DNA from: a virus
Taxonomy: Duplodnaviria > Caudoviricetes
Direction: 5' to 3' (one strand)
IMG/VR virus record: IMGVR_UViG_3300020043_002528
Location: 1-36,206 of that record
DNA length: 36,206 bases
Shown: positions 1-7,458 of the stretch, one piece after another
How the letters are laid out: each line of letters starts with the position of its first letter
Position numbering within the stretch: the stretch's first letter is position 1
Program-made: the position numbers and the translations under genes
Notes under the pieces: generated by a model
The model's database searches: none
The model's input: only the letters and a program-made list of their open reading frames with translations
Told to the model about the DNA's origin: nothing

Positions 1-121
1 GATACTCCACCACCACCTAAATCACCTAGTCCTATGCAACAACGTATAGAGCCTATGATTTCTAGCTCACCAGTAAGTTATAACGGCAAAGCTGCTCCTG
101 AACAACCACCACACCCGGAGA
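1..121. repeat. Terminal direct repeat, left copy (identical to 36086-36206); circularisation overlap
   Basis: GATACTCCACC...ACACCCGGAGA occurs identically at both ends of the window. Confidence 0.97.
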
Positions 122-125
122 TAAC

Positions 126-314
126 ATGATCCTACTATACTTACGCATGGCACTTACTGTTTTGCTAAGTGCTTTCCTAGTGTTTCAGATTCATGCAGCA
201 GAGACTAAGAAAGTCTGTCACATGGAGAAAGACCGTAAGGGCAAAGAGAATCAGGTTTGCCGAGAGGTCAAAGTCCATAAGAAACTGGATGCGACTAAAG
301 TGCCTCCTAAATGA
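126..314 (+). CDS. Small secreted/periplasmic protein in the lysis cassette
   Basis: Hydrophobic N-terminus ending IHA (signal-peptide-like), basic mature part with 2 Cys; ATGA overlaps with both neighbours. Confidence 0.75.
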   Translation: MILLYLRMALTVLLSAFLVFQIHAAETKKVCHMEKDRKGKENQVCREVKVHKKLDATKVPPK

Positions 315-772
315 ATCCTTACTTTCTACTCGGTTCCTTGGTTGCCGTTATCGTCGCGGCAGGTGCTGGATATTTTCAGGGGTCAGAGCATGGTAAGGCA
401 GAGGTGCAACAAGCATGGGATAAGGAAAAAGCAGCTCAATATGCGGAGTACGCTAAGGGTCAAGAAGCGGCTAGGCAGAAGGAACAGGAGTTACAGGCAA
501 ACGCAGACAGACTGAGACAGGAAAAAGACCGTGAAATCAAGAATCTTAACGCTAGGGCTACTGCTCTCACTAACAGCTTGCAGCAGCGTCCGTCCATCTC
601 CACCCAAGCAAGTGCCGTGTCCGGTTCCACCAGTTCTGGACAAAGTGGATGTACCCCAAGACAGCTTTATCGAGAAAGTGCAGAAGATTTTGTCAAAGTA
701 GCAATAGAGGCTGATACTCTAAGACTAGCGTTAAGCCAATGCTATGCTCAATATGAGTCACTCAGAAAGTGA
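311..772 (+). CDS. Rz-like inner-membrane spanin
   Basis: N-terminal TM helix, long Ala/Gln/Glu coiled coil, C-terminal Cys pair; last gene of the lysis cassette. Confidence 0.7.
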   Translation: MNPYFLLGSLVAVIVAAGAGYFQGSEHGKAEVQQAWDKEKAAQYAEYAKGQEAARQKEQELQANADRLRQEKDREIKNLNARATALTNSLQQRPSISTQASAVSGSTSSGQSGCTPRQLYRESAEDFVKVAIEADTLRLALSQCYAQYESLRK

Positions 773-949
773 GTCCTGAGCCTCTGTAGCGATCTGTGAG
801 GCTGTTTTTATCAACTGGTCATAGGAAAGACCACCCTTAGCAATTAAGCCTCCTAGAGCCGCTGCAAAGAACAGGTTCCAGTCATAGTCTTTAGCTGGCT
901 TAGGTTCCTGCCACTTAGGATCATCCGGGTTTTTACGTGGTCTGCCCAT
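758..949 (-). CDS. Small protein with N-terminal AT-hook-like GRPRK motif
   Basis: MGRPRKNP...; the ATG at 949 overlaps the TAA of the upstream gene, favouring it over the 967 start. Confidence 0.65.
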   Translation of the reverse strand: MGRPRKNPDDPKWQEPKPAKDYDWNLFFAAALGGLIAKGGLSYDQLIKTASQIATEAQDSLSE

Positions 950-1143
950 TACAGTTTCCTCTGACAAGTAAATGCCTGAATATCAACTCTAAATGAGTTA
1001 GCAAATTTACAATCTGACGCTATCCTGCTCTCAGTCTGGATAGAACCTGCTTGGTAACCAATAACGGCAAGAACGATAGCCACCATCGATCTAGCCCACC
1101 AGTTATTGACCATCTCTAAGACCTTCTTGAGTTCTTCAAGCAT
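949..1143 (-). CDS. Small single-TM membrane protein
   Basis: WWARSMVAIVLAVIGY hydrophobic stretch; coupled within the leftward operon. Confidence 0.65.
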   Translation of the reverse strand: MLEELKKVLEMVNNWWARSMVAIVLAVIGYQAGSIQTESRIASDCKFANSFRVDIQAFTCQRKL

Positions 1144-1441
1144 CTTTAACGAATACTCCTTCTTTATTCAGGTAGCCAGTCCTATCCTTGATCTGGTCGT
1201 AAGCCAATGCAAAACAGGATTTCAAATCCACATCCTCAATAGCTGCAACCATAGTAAGACACACAAGAACGTCACCAAGTCCATCGATAATTGCGTCAGT
1301 GTCTCGCTTGGTAATTGCATCTGCTAGTTCCCCCATTTCGCTAAAAGCCTTGAGTAACTGCGTCTTGCTGTCCGAGTTCTGGATAATGCCTCTGGCTTCA
1401 CCCCACCTAACGACTAATAACTCAGTCTGTTCATAGCTCAT
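1136..1441 (-). CDS. MazG-like nucleotide pyrophosphohydrolase
   Basis: QLLKAFSEMGELADA...DGLGDVLV pattern of all-alpha NTP-PPases. Confidence 0.85.
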   Translation of the reverse strand: MSYEQTELLVVRWGEARGIIQNSDSKTQLLKAFSEMGELADAITKRDTDAIIDGLGDVLVCLTMVAAIEDVDLKSCFALAYDQIKDRTGYLNKEGVFVKDA

Positions 1442-1629
1442 AGCATAGCCTTAATCTCTTTGACCGGAATATCAAAAGTCTCATGTACTTTCAGGATAAA
1501 GTCAGGCGTAACAGATGAATGACCATTGCGAATCTTGCTCAGTTTAGGTTGTTGGCAACCTAGCATAATCGCTAGTTGACGGTCATTCTTAATGTGGAAT
1601 TTCTCTTTTAAAAAGTCTAATAGTTTCAT
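1438..1629 (-). CDS. XRE/Cro-like helix-turn-helix protein
   Basis: NDRQLAIMLGCQQPKLSKIRNG HTH; GAGG RBS upstream. Confidence 0.8.
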   Translation of the reverse strand: MKLLDFLKEKFHIKNDRQLAIMLGCQQPKLSKIRNGHSSVTPDFILKVHETFDIPVKEIKAML

Positions 1630-1639
1630 TGGTTCCTCG

Positions 1640-1826
1640 TTATAGGTTATGCCCGTCTTTCCGGGCTGTCCGCATACTCACAAGGCATAGGAGCGTACCT
1701 GAGGAGACTCTTGCGTATGCTGCTGGAGTTACGCGCCACTACCAGCTAGGCGTGGATGGTGGGGGAATAACCACACAGGATTTATCCTTAACAAAATACT
1801 TGTTAAGCAAGTGCAGCTTTCCCCCA
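1640..1826 (-). ncRNA. Candidate structured RNA (four consecutive stem-loops)
   Basis: Minus strand: GGGGGAA...UUCCCCC enclosing CUUAACAA/UUGUUAAG; GCUGG...CCAGC; GCAUAC...GUAUGC; GCCCG-GAAAGA-CGGGC. Confidence 0.5.
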
Positions 1827-1830
1827 TAAC

Positions 1831-1977
1831 CTAGAAACAACTGGTATTACAGTTACCACCATAGCAACAGGTTGTACAAGTTACATACTGACCGTTATAG
1901 TAGTAGCTATGTGTAGTGCAGCTAGCCCATACCATAGGTGCTGTAACGGCAAGCCAGAGTGCGATTAGGTATTTCAT
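1831..1977 (-). CDS. 48-aa secreted cysteine-rich peptide (not in ORF track)
   Basis: MKYLIALWLAVTAPMVWA-SCTTHSYYYNGQYVTCTTCCYGGNCNTSCF; AGGAGG RBS just upstream; 6 Cys in 30-aa mature part. Confidence 0.85.
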   Translation of the reverse strand: MKYLIALWLAVTAPMVWASCTTHSYYYNGQYVTCTTCCYGGNCNTSCF

Positions 1978-1985
1978 AGTTCCTC

Positions 1986-2240
1986 CTAAAATGGCGTATC
2001 ACTCAGATCATCATCAGGGAAATCCTCAACCTTCTTACGGGCTTTAGAGGGCTTAGAATCTTTAGGCTTAACTGCTAGGCTAAAGAACTTGCTACCGTCT
2101 TTCTTGGACTCTTTTAACCATCCTGAAAGCCAGTAATCAACACCATCGACGTTAAGTTGACCTGAGTAGTCAGGATGACTGTCACCCTTCTTGTTATGGT
2201 TCTTACCTAACGTACCGCGATTTGTATTGTCGTATTCCAT
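1986..2240 (-). CDS. Putative single-stranded DNA-binding protein
   Basis: HPDYSGQLNVDG..WLSGW core with acidic SSB-type tail ending DDDLSDTPF; next to the annealase. Confidence 0.65.
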   Translation of the reverse strand: MEYDNTNRGTLGKNHNKKGDSHPDYSGQLNVDGVDYWLSGWLKESKKDGSKFFSLAVKPKDSKPSKARKKVEDFPDDDLSDTPF

Positions 2241-2242
2241 GA

Positions 2243-2866
2243 TTATCCTTGAGCAAATTTCTTAATGGCTGATCGTTGCTTGCTATCTAACTGTGACCAG
2301 AGGGCTGTTTTCCAGTCCGCATCTAGCTCCAGACTATTGATGTACTCGACTGCTTCTCCGACTCTATCCTTATGAATCATCATGATGATGTCGGCTGCAT
2401 AGCTCTTAATCTCATCCTGAGACTGCTGGTCTAGCGTATCAAATACCGACTTAGTAATCGGCTTTGCAGAACGAGGCTCATCAGCACCAGTCGTAGCGTC
2501 TAGGGCATCATGTTCACAGATAGCTAGAGCCATGACCAGCAGATAGCGAGTAATGTACGTTATCGATGCTCCGAGGTTCTGTACTGGATGACAGCCTTTG
2601 AGTTCAGCACTAGCCATAGGGCAAGTGAACTTGGCTATTCCACCTTTCTCGGTGTCGATAACCTGCATCGTAGCTAAAGTATCAGTGAACTCTAGCGTAT
2701 GTGATAAGCCTACTTCAGCAAAGATATTGTTTACAGTAGGCAGGAAGTCAGATAACTCAAAGTATTTATATCCAGCAAATTTATTGTGACCAGATTTCTT
2801 TAGCTCGACGTTTTGCAACTTAACGCGAGCCAACTGTAATTTGGTGTAAACATTTATCGAGGTCAT
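2243..2866 (-). CDS. erf: ERF-family ssDNA annealing protein
   Basis: KKSGHNKFAGYKYFELSD and QNLGASITYITRY...EHDALDA motifs. Confidence 0.85.
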   Translation of the reverse strand: MTSINVYTKLQLARVKLQNVELKKSGHNKFAGYKYFELSDFLPTVNNIFAEVGLSHTLEFTDTLATMQVIDTEKGGIAKFTCPMASAELKGCHPVQNLGASITYITRYLLVMALAICEHDALDATTGADEPRSAKPITKSVFDTLDQQSQDEIKSYAADIIMMIHKDRVGEAVEYINSLELDADWKTALWSQLDSKQRSAIKKFAQG

Positions 2867-2871
2867 ATTAT

Positions 2872-3054
2872 TTATCCTTTAGCGATTTTCCTAGTGATGA
2901 AGATATTGATAGGTTGTGTTTGCGTAGTAGTTTGTATTGTTGCAGCCTCCTTTTGCTCTTTCTTAATACGGTCGAAAGTCTTGCGAATGTTCGTCTTGCC
3001 ACTTGGAACATACTTAAAGTCTTTATCTAGGATTGATGGGAAAGTTTTTTTCAT
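2872..3054 (-). CDS. Hypothetical protein
   Basis: 60-aa ORF (FKYVPSGKTNIRKTF) in a coupled operon. Confidence 0.65.
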   Translation of the reverse strand: MKKTFPSILDKDFKYVPSGKTNIRKTFDRIKKEQKEAATIQTTTQTQPINIFITRKIAKG

Positions 3055-3164
3055 AGAAAGCTGTCCATTAATAACGCTACGAGTAATAGTGCAGCGATCA
3101 CTATACCAGCATGACGGTCTATGAAGTCTGCTAACTTATCGTCAGGATTAAAGAGTTTTCTCAT
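3051..3164 (-). CDS. 37-aa membrane microprotein (not in ORF track)
   Basis: MRKLFNPDDKLADFIDRHAGIVIAALLLVALLMDSFL; fills the gap with ATGA overlaps on both sides. Confidence 0.7.
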   Translation of the reverse strand: MRKLFNPDDKLADFIDRHAGIVIAALLLVALLMDSFL

Positions 3165-3361
3165 AAGTTTCCCCTTTCGAGTTCGTCCACAATCTGCTGT
3201 ACAGCGTGAGGTGTATTCTCTAACGCACGATAAGCCATGTAAACGATTTGTTTTTCGTAGTCCGATGCTGCTCTACGTTCCATACGGTCAATGAGTAAAC
3301 GTAGTGCATAGACTATTTCGGCTAATTGCCAGTTATCAATCTCTGTGCGTGATGGATTCAT
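3161..3361 (-). CDS. Hypothetical protein
   Basis: 66-aa ORF with ATGA coupling. Confidence 0.65.
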   Translation of the reverse strand: MNPSRTEIDNWQLAEIVYALRLLIDRMERRAASDYEKQIVYMAYRALENTPHAVQQIVDELERGNL

Positions 3362-3696
3362 CTTCTCTCCGCTTCACGATCTTTCATTTCTTGGTACAGC
3401 CAGTCACCTCGATCACGTTCTAAATCTTCTTTGGTTTCAACGTAATCTGGCAAGTTAGATTCTTTGACCAGTCGATTAACGATGCCTACCATGTTGCGAC
3501 GAATAGCTGACTGCAACTTTGCAGGATCGGACTGGAACACAGCACAAGTCTCAAGAAGGATACAAAGTTCCTCCTCTAACCGTTCCTCGCGTGATTGATT
3601 TTGTGTATCCTTGTACATCGCAGTTAGCTTATCTGGAAAGCCATCTTGTAGCGTACCGATGAGGAACTGCTCTAGCTCTTGTTTATCGTCAAACAT
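3358..3696 (-). CDS. Hypothetical protein, first gene of the leftward early operon
   Basis: AACTAGGAG RBS upstream; 112 aa. Confidence 0.75.
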   Translation of the reverse strand: MFDDKQELEQFLIGTLQDGFPDKLTAMYKDTQNQSREERLEEELCILLETCAVFQSDPAKLQSAIRRNMVGIVNRLVKESNLPDYVETKEDLERDRGDWLYQEMKDREAERR

Positions 3697-3727
3697 ATCT
3701 AATCTCCTAGTTAGTTACCGCACAAGA

Positions 3728-3771
3728 ATAGTAAAGGAATATAACGTATTTCTAAACAAAAACATTTCTAT
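3728..3771 (-). promoter_or_regulatory. Leftward sigma70-like promoter with upstream 15-bp box
   Basis: Minus strand: ATAGAAATGTTTTTG-TTTAGA-17 bp-TACTAT. Confidence 0.55.
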
Positions 3772-3787
3772 AGAGAACTGTATCTCA

Positions 3788-3830
3788 ATAGAAACATTCT
3801 ATAACGAAACCTTAGCACTTCTGGCACAAT
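3788..3830 (+). promoter_or_regulatory. Palindromic box ATAGAA-N3-TTCTAT plus extended -10 (TGG-CACAAT); putative rightward promoter
   Basis: Inverted repeat at 3788-3802; TGnCACAAT at 3822-3830. Confidence 0.45.
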
Positions 3831-3919
3831 CATGGTTAAGAAAAAGACGTTACCAAAACAGCAACCTAAGCAAGAAACACCACGATTTTTACCTGCAGTC
3901 TCACCGCGAGGGCAACCTA

Positions 3920-4093
3920 TTGGAAACCGAACATTTAAAACCCTTACGTCGAAAGTCCGGCACACTTGGAACGGGAACGATCTATAACTTTAGTACCCGT
4001 CTATGCCCTGTTTGCAAAAAGACAAGATCAATAGCGCAATTCAAGGATAGCGAGGTCTGTAGGACTTGCAACATTAGAAACGTAAAGGTATAG
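3920..4093 (+). CDS. Small zinc-finger protein
   Basis: TTG start after GAGGG; CPVC...CRTC; C-terminal part of track ORF 3611-4093. Confidence 0.55.
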   Translation: METEHLKPLRRKSGTLGTGTIYNFSTRLCPVCKKTRSIAQFKDSEVCRTCNIRNVKV

Positions 4094-4094
4094 T
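4066..4094 (+). promoter_or_regulatory. Sigma70-like promoter for the replication operon leader
   Basis: TTGCAA-17 bp-TATAGT. Confidence 0.65.
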
Positions 4095-4097
4095 CTA

Positions 4098-4186
4098 TGG
4101 GAATGGCTAGAGTAGCTCTCGAAAAGACGATTCATCACCGTCCTGCCAAATCCCACCCAATTCGTGATGAGCCTTCTGATGAGAGG
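4098..4186 (+). ncRNA. Structured leader RNA (three-way junction with loop complementary to downstream repeats)
   Basis: UGGGA/UCCCA and UGGC/GCCA closing stems, AGAG/CUCU and GACG/CGUC arms; loop UCAUCAC complementary to GUGAUGA (4164-4170) and UGAUGA (4177-4182). Confidence 0.6.
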
Positions 4187-4191
4187 TCAAT

Positions 4192-4854
4192 ATGCATTAC
4201 TACAAGCACCATATAGGTGACTTTCGGCGGGATACCGCTTCCTTATCCGATACCGACGCAATGGCTTATTTAAAGCTGCTGTGGATATATTACGACACAG
4301 AATTGCCGCTACCAGCAGACGCTAAGTTACTGGCTTTTAAGATCGGCTCAAACGTCGATACAGTTCAATTATTGCTCGATGCTTTCTTTACGTTAGACGG
4401 AAATGTTTACCGTCAGAAACGCTGTGATACTGAATTATTGGAATACAAAAACAAAGGTCAAAAGGCTAGAGAATCTGCGAACGCACGATGGAATAATGCG
4501 AACGCAATGCGAACGCATAGCGATAGCAATGCGAAAGCAACGAAAATCGATGCTAACCATAAACCAATAACCAATAACCAATTTAATAAAGAATATATTG
4601 ATCGATTTGATACTTTCTGGAAACACTATCCTCGTAAGGTAGCAAAGCCTAATGCACTCAAGGCGTGGCTAAAACTGAAGCCTGATGATGACCTAACGAA
4701 AAAAATAATCTCAGCAATTTCTAACCAGAATCTTGCGTCTAGGGAACAGCAATTTATTCCGCATCCAGCGTCATGGCTCAATGCTCAACGTTGGGAGGAT
4801 GAAATCAAGGTTGCCAGTACGACAGCCTTTCCTTTTGGAAGGAAAATTTTATGA
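4192..4854 (+). CDS. Replication initiator (DUF1376/YdaU-like N-terminus, lambda O-like architecture)
   Basis: MHYYKHHIGDFRRDT N-terminus; FDTFWKHYPRKVAK...PHPASWLNAQRWED C-terminal domain. Confidence 0.8.
   Translation: MHYYKHHIGDFRRDTASLSDTDAMAYLKLLWIYYDTELPLPADAKLLAFKIGSNVDTVQLLLDAFFTLDGNVYRQKRCDTELLEYKNKGQKARESANARWNNANAMRTHSDSNAKATKIDANHKPITNNQFNKEYIDRFDTFWKHYPRKVAKPNALKAWLKLKPDDDLTKKIISAISNQNLASREQQFIPHPASWLNAQRWEDEIKVASTTAFPFGRKIL
4476..4600. repeat. Iteron-like repeats plus AT-rich tract; probable replication origin
   Basis: TGCGAACGCA x3 plus TGCGAAAGCA, then AACCAAT repeats and an AT-rich run inside the initiator gene. Confidence 0.6.
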
Positions 4855-5267
4855 TCGGCAATTTTCTAAACAAGCTCGACAAGGTTCAAGGTAAGCGCGG
4901 TCATTGGATAGCCTGTTGTCCAGCACATGAGGATAAGCGTCCATCCTTAGCGATTACCGAGACTGATGACGGACGCATTTTGCTGAAGTGCTTTGCTGGT
5001 TGTTCGGCTTACGAAGTGGTTTCAGCCGTAGGAATGGACTTGACTGATCTGTTTCCTAAAGATCAATCTTTGACACCCTATAACGGTAACAAACCAGTCA
5101 AGCGACCTTTCTATGCAACAGACCTAATGAAAATAATCCAATTTGAGGCACTTATTACGTCCATAGTGGCGTTTGATTTGTCCGAAGGTAGGCAAGTATC
5201 AGACACCGATAAAAAACGGCTTAAAACGGCTTTTATACGAATTAACGAAGCGATAAGTTATTTATGA
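4851..5267 (+). CDS. Primase-type zinc-finger protein (no TOPRIM domain)
   Basis: CCPAHEDKRPSL...LLKCFAGC. Confidence 0.8.
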   Translation: MIGNFLNKLDKVQGKRGHWIACCPAHEDKRPSLAITETDDGRILLKCFAGCSAYEVVSAVGMDLTDLFPKDQSLTPYNGNKPVKRPFYATDLMKIIQFEALITSIVAFDLSEGRQVSDTDKKRLKTAFIRINEAISYL

Positions 5268-5704
5268 ACTTTCGAGCAGACCTAGACCGAGGTATCGCAG
5301 TCGAGCAAAAGGTTTTATCGATTATCAGGAAGAAGCATCCATGCGCTACGTTAGTTGAAGGGTTCAAGGGTTATGACATTTGGATACCTGAGACTAGGCA
5401 AGGAATCGAAGTTAAGTACGATCCGATGTCTAACGAGACAGGGAATGTTGTTGTAGAGATAGAAATGTCAGGAGTTCCATCAGCGTTATTTACGACTCAA
5501 GCGGAATGGTGGGTGTTTTACGATGGAAATGTATTTGCTTGGATGAAGCCAAGAAACATTTTTGCTTGCATCATCCTGAATAAGCTGCAATATGTTGAGT
5601 TCGTCGGTGTTGGCGATAGGAATAAAAAGAAAGCGTTTTTGATACCGAAAGAGTTACTTTTCAAATATGCGAAGGTTGTAAAGGAAAACTATGAAAGAAA
5701 GTAA
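5264..5704 (+). CDS. PD-(D/E)XK-like nuclease-fold protein
   Basis: YDIWIPETRQGIEVKYD motif. Confidence 0.55.
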   Translation: MNFRADLDRGIAVEQKVLSIIRKKHPCATLVEGFKGYDIWIPETRQGIEVKYDPMSNETGNVVVEIEMSGVPSALFTTQAEWWVFYDGNVFAWMKPRNIFACIILNKLQYVEFVGVGDRNKKKAFLIPKELLFKYAKVVKENYERK

Positions 5705-5864
5705 GCTGGTGGAATTAGGCTTTAGCGAAGTAGTACCAGGGTTTTGGGTAGGTAGCGTATTTGCCTTAAATAAACTTTATCAACAAGGGAGACAGGATGA
5801 GTCTGGAGCAACGAGCAGAGCAGCTAGACGAGGCGAGGAGACTGAGGATTATCAAGTCGGATAG
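5691..5864 (+). CDS. 57-aa hypothetical protein (not in ORF track)
   Basis: AAGGA RBS; MKESKLVELGFSEVVPGFWVG...; fills the gap before the helicase and overlaps its start. Confidence 0.45.
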   Translation: MKESKLVELGFSEVVPGFWVGSVFALNKLYQQGRQDESGATSRAARRGEETEDYQVG

Positions 5865-6798
5865 CATTGACGTAGAGAAATATCTTCATGCCAACGATGT
5901 AACGCTAAAGGTAAAACAGGCTAGGGATTTCTTAGATGCAATAAAGGAAAGCTATCTCAGCACTACGAGAGATGCAAAAATACTATTGCCTTGGACTAAG
6001 ACGCACGATTCTTTTGCGTTTAGACCCGGAGAAGTAACGGTTTATGCGGGTTCTAACGGCGGTGGCAAGTCGTTATTGACTGGACAGATAGCTTTGCACC
6101 TAGTGAAGCAGAAACAATGCGTTTGCATTGCGTCGTTCGAGATGAAGCCACAAAAGACGTTAGAAAGGATGCTGCGACAGTTTGCAGGTGAGTATGTAGA
6201 TGATCCGCTAACGTCAGATCGTGAGGGTTACATCACAAAACTTCTAGCAAGATTAGAGAAATATACCGCTGACTCGTTATATTTATACGACCAGCAGGGA
6301 ACAACTAGCCCTGACAAAGTGATAGCAATGTCGAGATATTGCGCTATGGAACTAGGTGTCCAGCATATCTTTATCGATTCGCTAATGAAAACAGTAAAGA
6401 ACGAGGATGACTTTAACGGTCAGAAGAACTTTATCGATGAGCTAACGGCATTGGCTCGTGACCATAACGTACACATTCACCTAGTCCACCATATCCGCAA
6501 ACAGCAGTCAGACGAGGTTACGCCGAATAAGAATGACTTGAAAGGGAGTGGTTCCATTAGCGATCAGGTGGATAACGTCTTTCTGGTGTGGCGCAACAAA
6601 AAGAAAGAAAACCAGAGAAATCGTGGTGAGCAGATCGACGAATCTCAGGGAGATTGTTACCTAATGTGCGAGAAACAACGTAATGGTGAATCTCAGGACT
6701 GGTATCAACTCTGGTATCACTCGGCAAGTCAGCAGTTTGTGGAGAGTGCAACATCAAGACCTATGGACTTTGACAACAATGGACGTTTTAGAGACTGA
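5797..6798 (+). CDS. DnaB/T7 gp4-like replicative helicase
   Basis: Walker A AGSNGGGKS, ASFEM, IFIDSL, HLVHHIRK, DLKGSGSISDQVDN. Confidence 0.9.
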   Translation: MSLEQRAEQLDEARRLRIIKSDSIDVEKYLHANDVTLKVKQARDFLDAIKESYLSTTRDAKILLPWTKTHDSFAFRPGEVTVYAGSNGGGKSLLTGQIALHLVKQKQCVCIASFEMKPQKTLERMLRQFAGEYVDDPLTSDREGYITKLLARLEKYTADSLYLYDQQGTTSPDKVIAMSRYCAMELGVQHIFIDSLMKTVKNEDDFNGQKNFIDELTALARDHNVHIHLVHHIRKQQSDEVTPNKNDLKGSGSISDQVDNVFLVWRNKKKENQRNRGEQIDESQGDCYLMCEKQRNGESQDWYQLWYHSASQQFVESATSRPMDFDNNGRFRD

Positions 6799-6982
6799 AA
6801 GACATCGATGCGAGGTTAGGCAGGTACTAGCGTGGAGAGCAGCAGACAGAGATTCAGCGTTACGTTATCTGAGCGTTGTGAGACAGAAACGTGGGCATAA
6901 AGCGGCTGACCAACTAGAGGCTGACTGTAAACAGCAATGGGGTTTAGGAAACCGAGGCAAGAAAGGGGATTGGCGTGGATAA
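6779..6982 (+). CDS. Hypothetical protein
   Basis: ERHRCEVRQVL...QWGLGNRGKKGDW; internal ATG chosen to reduce overlap with the helicase. Confidence 0.65.
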   Translation: MDVLETERHRCEVRQVLAWRAADRDSALRYLSVVRQKRGHKAADQLEADCKQQWGLGNRGKKGDWRG

Positions 6983-7172
6983 CTATGAATTACACATGAA
7001 AACACATACCTGCCATGCTGACTGTCAGAATCCAATCTGTGTAGCGGTAAGGAAGGCTTTAGCGGAAGAACGAGAGGAGTGTGCAAGGCATTTTGATGAG
7101 GACGCTAACAGATCACATTACGGATACCACATTTCATCCTATATCCGTTCAAGGGGTCAGAATGGTCTTTAA
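6975..7172 (+). CDS. Hypothetical Cys/His-rich protein
   Basis: HTCHADCQNPIC...AEEREECA; GGGG RBS. Confidence 0.6.
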   Translation: MDNYELHMKTHTCHADCQNPICVAVRKALAEEREECARHFDEDANRSHYGYHISSYIRSRGQNGL

Positions 7173-7452
7173 GCGCGTGGATACAAACCAGACGCAGATA
7201 GTCCGAGAACTTCGTAGGTTAGGTATGGAGGTACTACACCTGCACTCGGTTCATCATGGGTGTCCGGACATTCTAGTTGGTTACAAAGGTAGAAACATTT
7301 TGTTAGAAATAAAGAAAGACGAGAAAGCCAAGCTAACACCAGATCAGGAGGTATGGCACAAGATGTGGCGAGGTCAGGTAGCGGTAGTGTCTAACCCACA
7401 GGCTGCGATTAAGGCTGTAAGACTTGCTTGTAATGAAACTATTGAGGAATGA
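7162..7452 (+). CDS. VRR-NUC/Holliday-junction-resolvase-like nuclease
   Basis: KRVDTNQ...GCPDILVG...LLEIK...KLTPDQ. Confidence 0.85.
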   Translation: MVFKRVDTNQTQIVRELRRLGMEVLHLHSVHHGCPDILVGYKGRNILLEIKKDEKAKLTPDQEVWHKMWRGQVAVVSNPQAAIKAVRLACNETIEE

Positions 7453-7458
7453 TTCTTA

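Noticed and set aside
1630-1830. tRNA gene, or the plus-strand 66-aa ORF 1629-1829
   Set aside because: No T-loop GTTCRA or cloverleaf spacing; the ORF is antisense to the operon and has no RBS.
3611-3919. N-terminal part of the 160-aa track ORF
   Set aside because: It runs through the divergent promoter region and overlaps an opposite-strand gene; the TTG at 3920 with an RBS is more plausible.
3832-3987. 51-aa ORF MVKKKTLPKQ...
   Set aside because: No RBS, and the ATG lies only 1 nt after the putative -10 element; not supportable.
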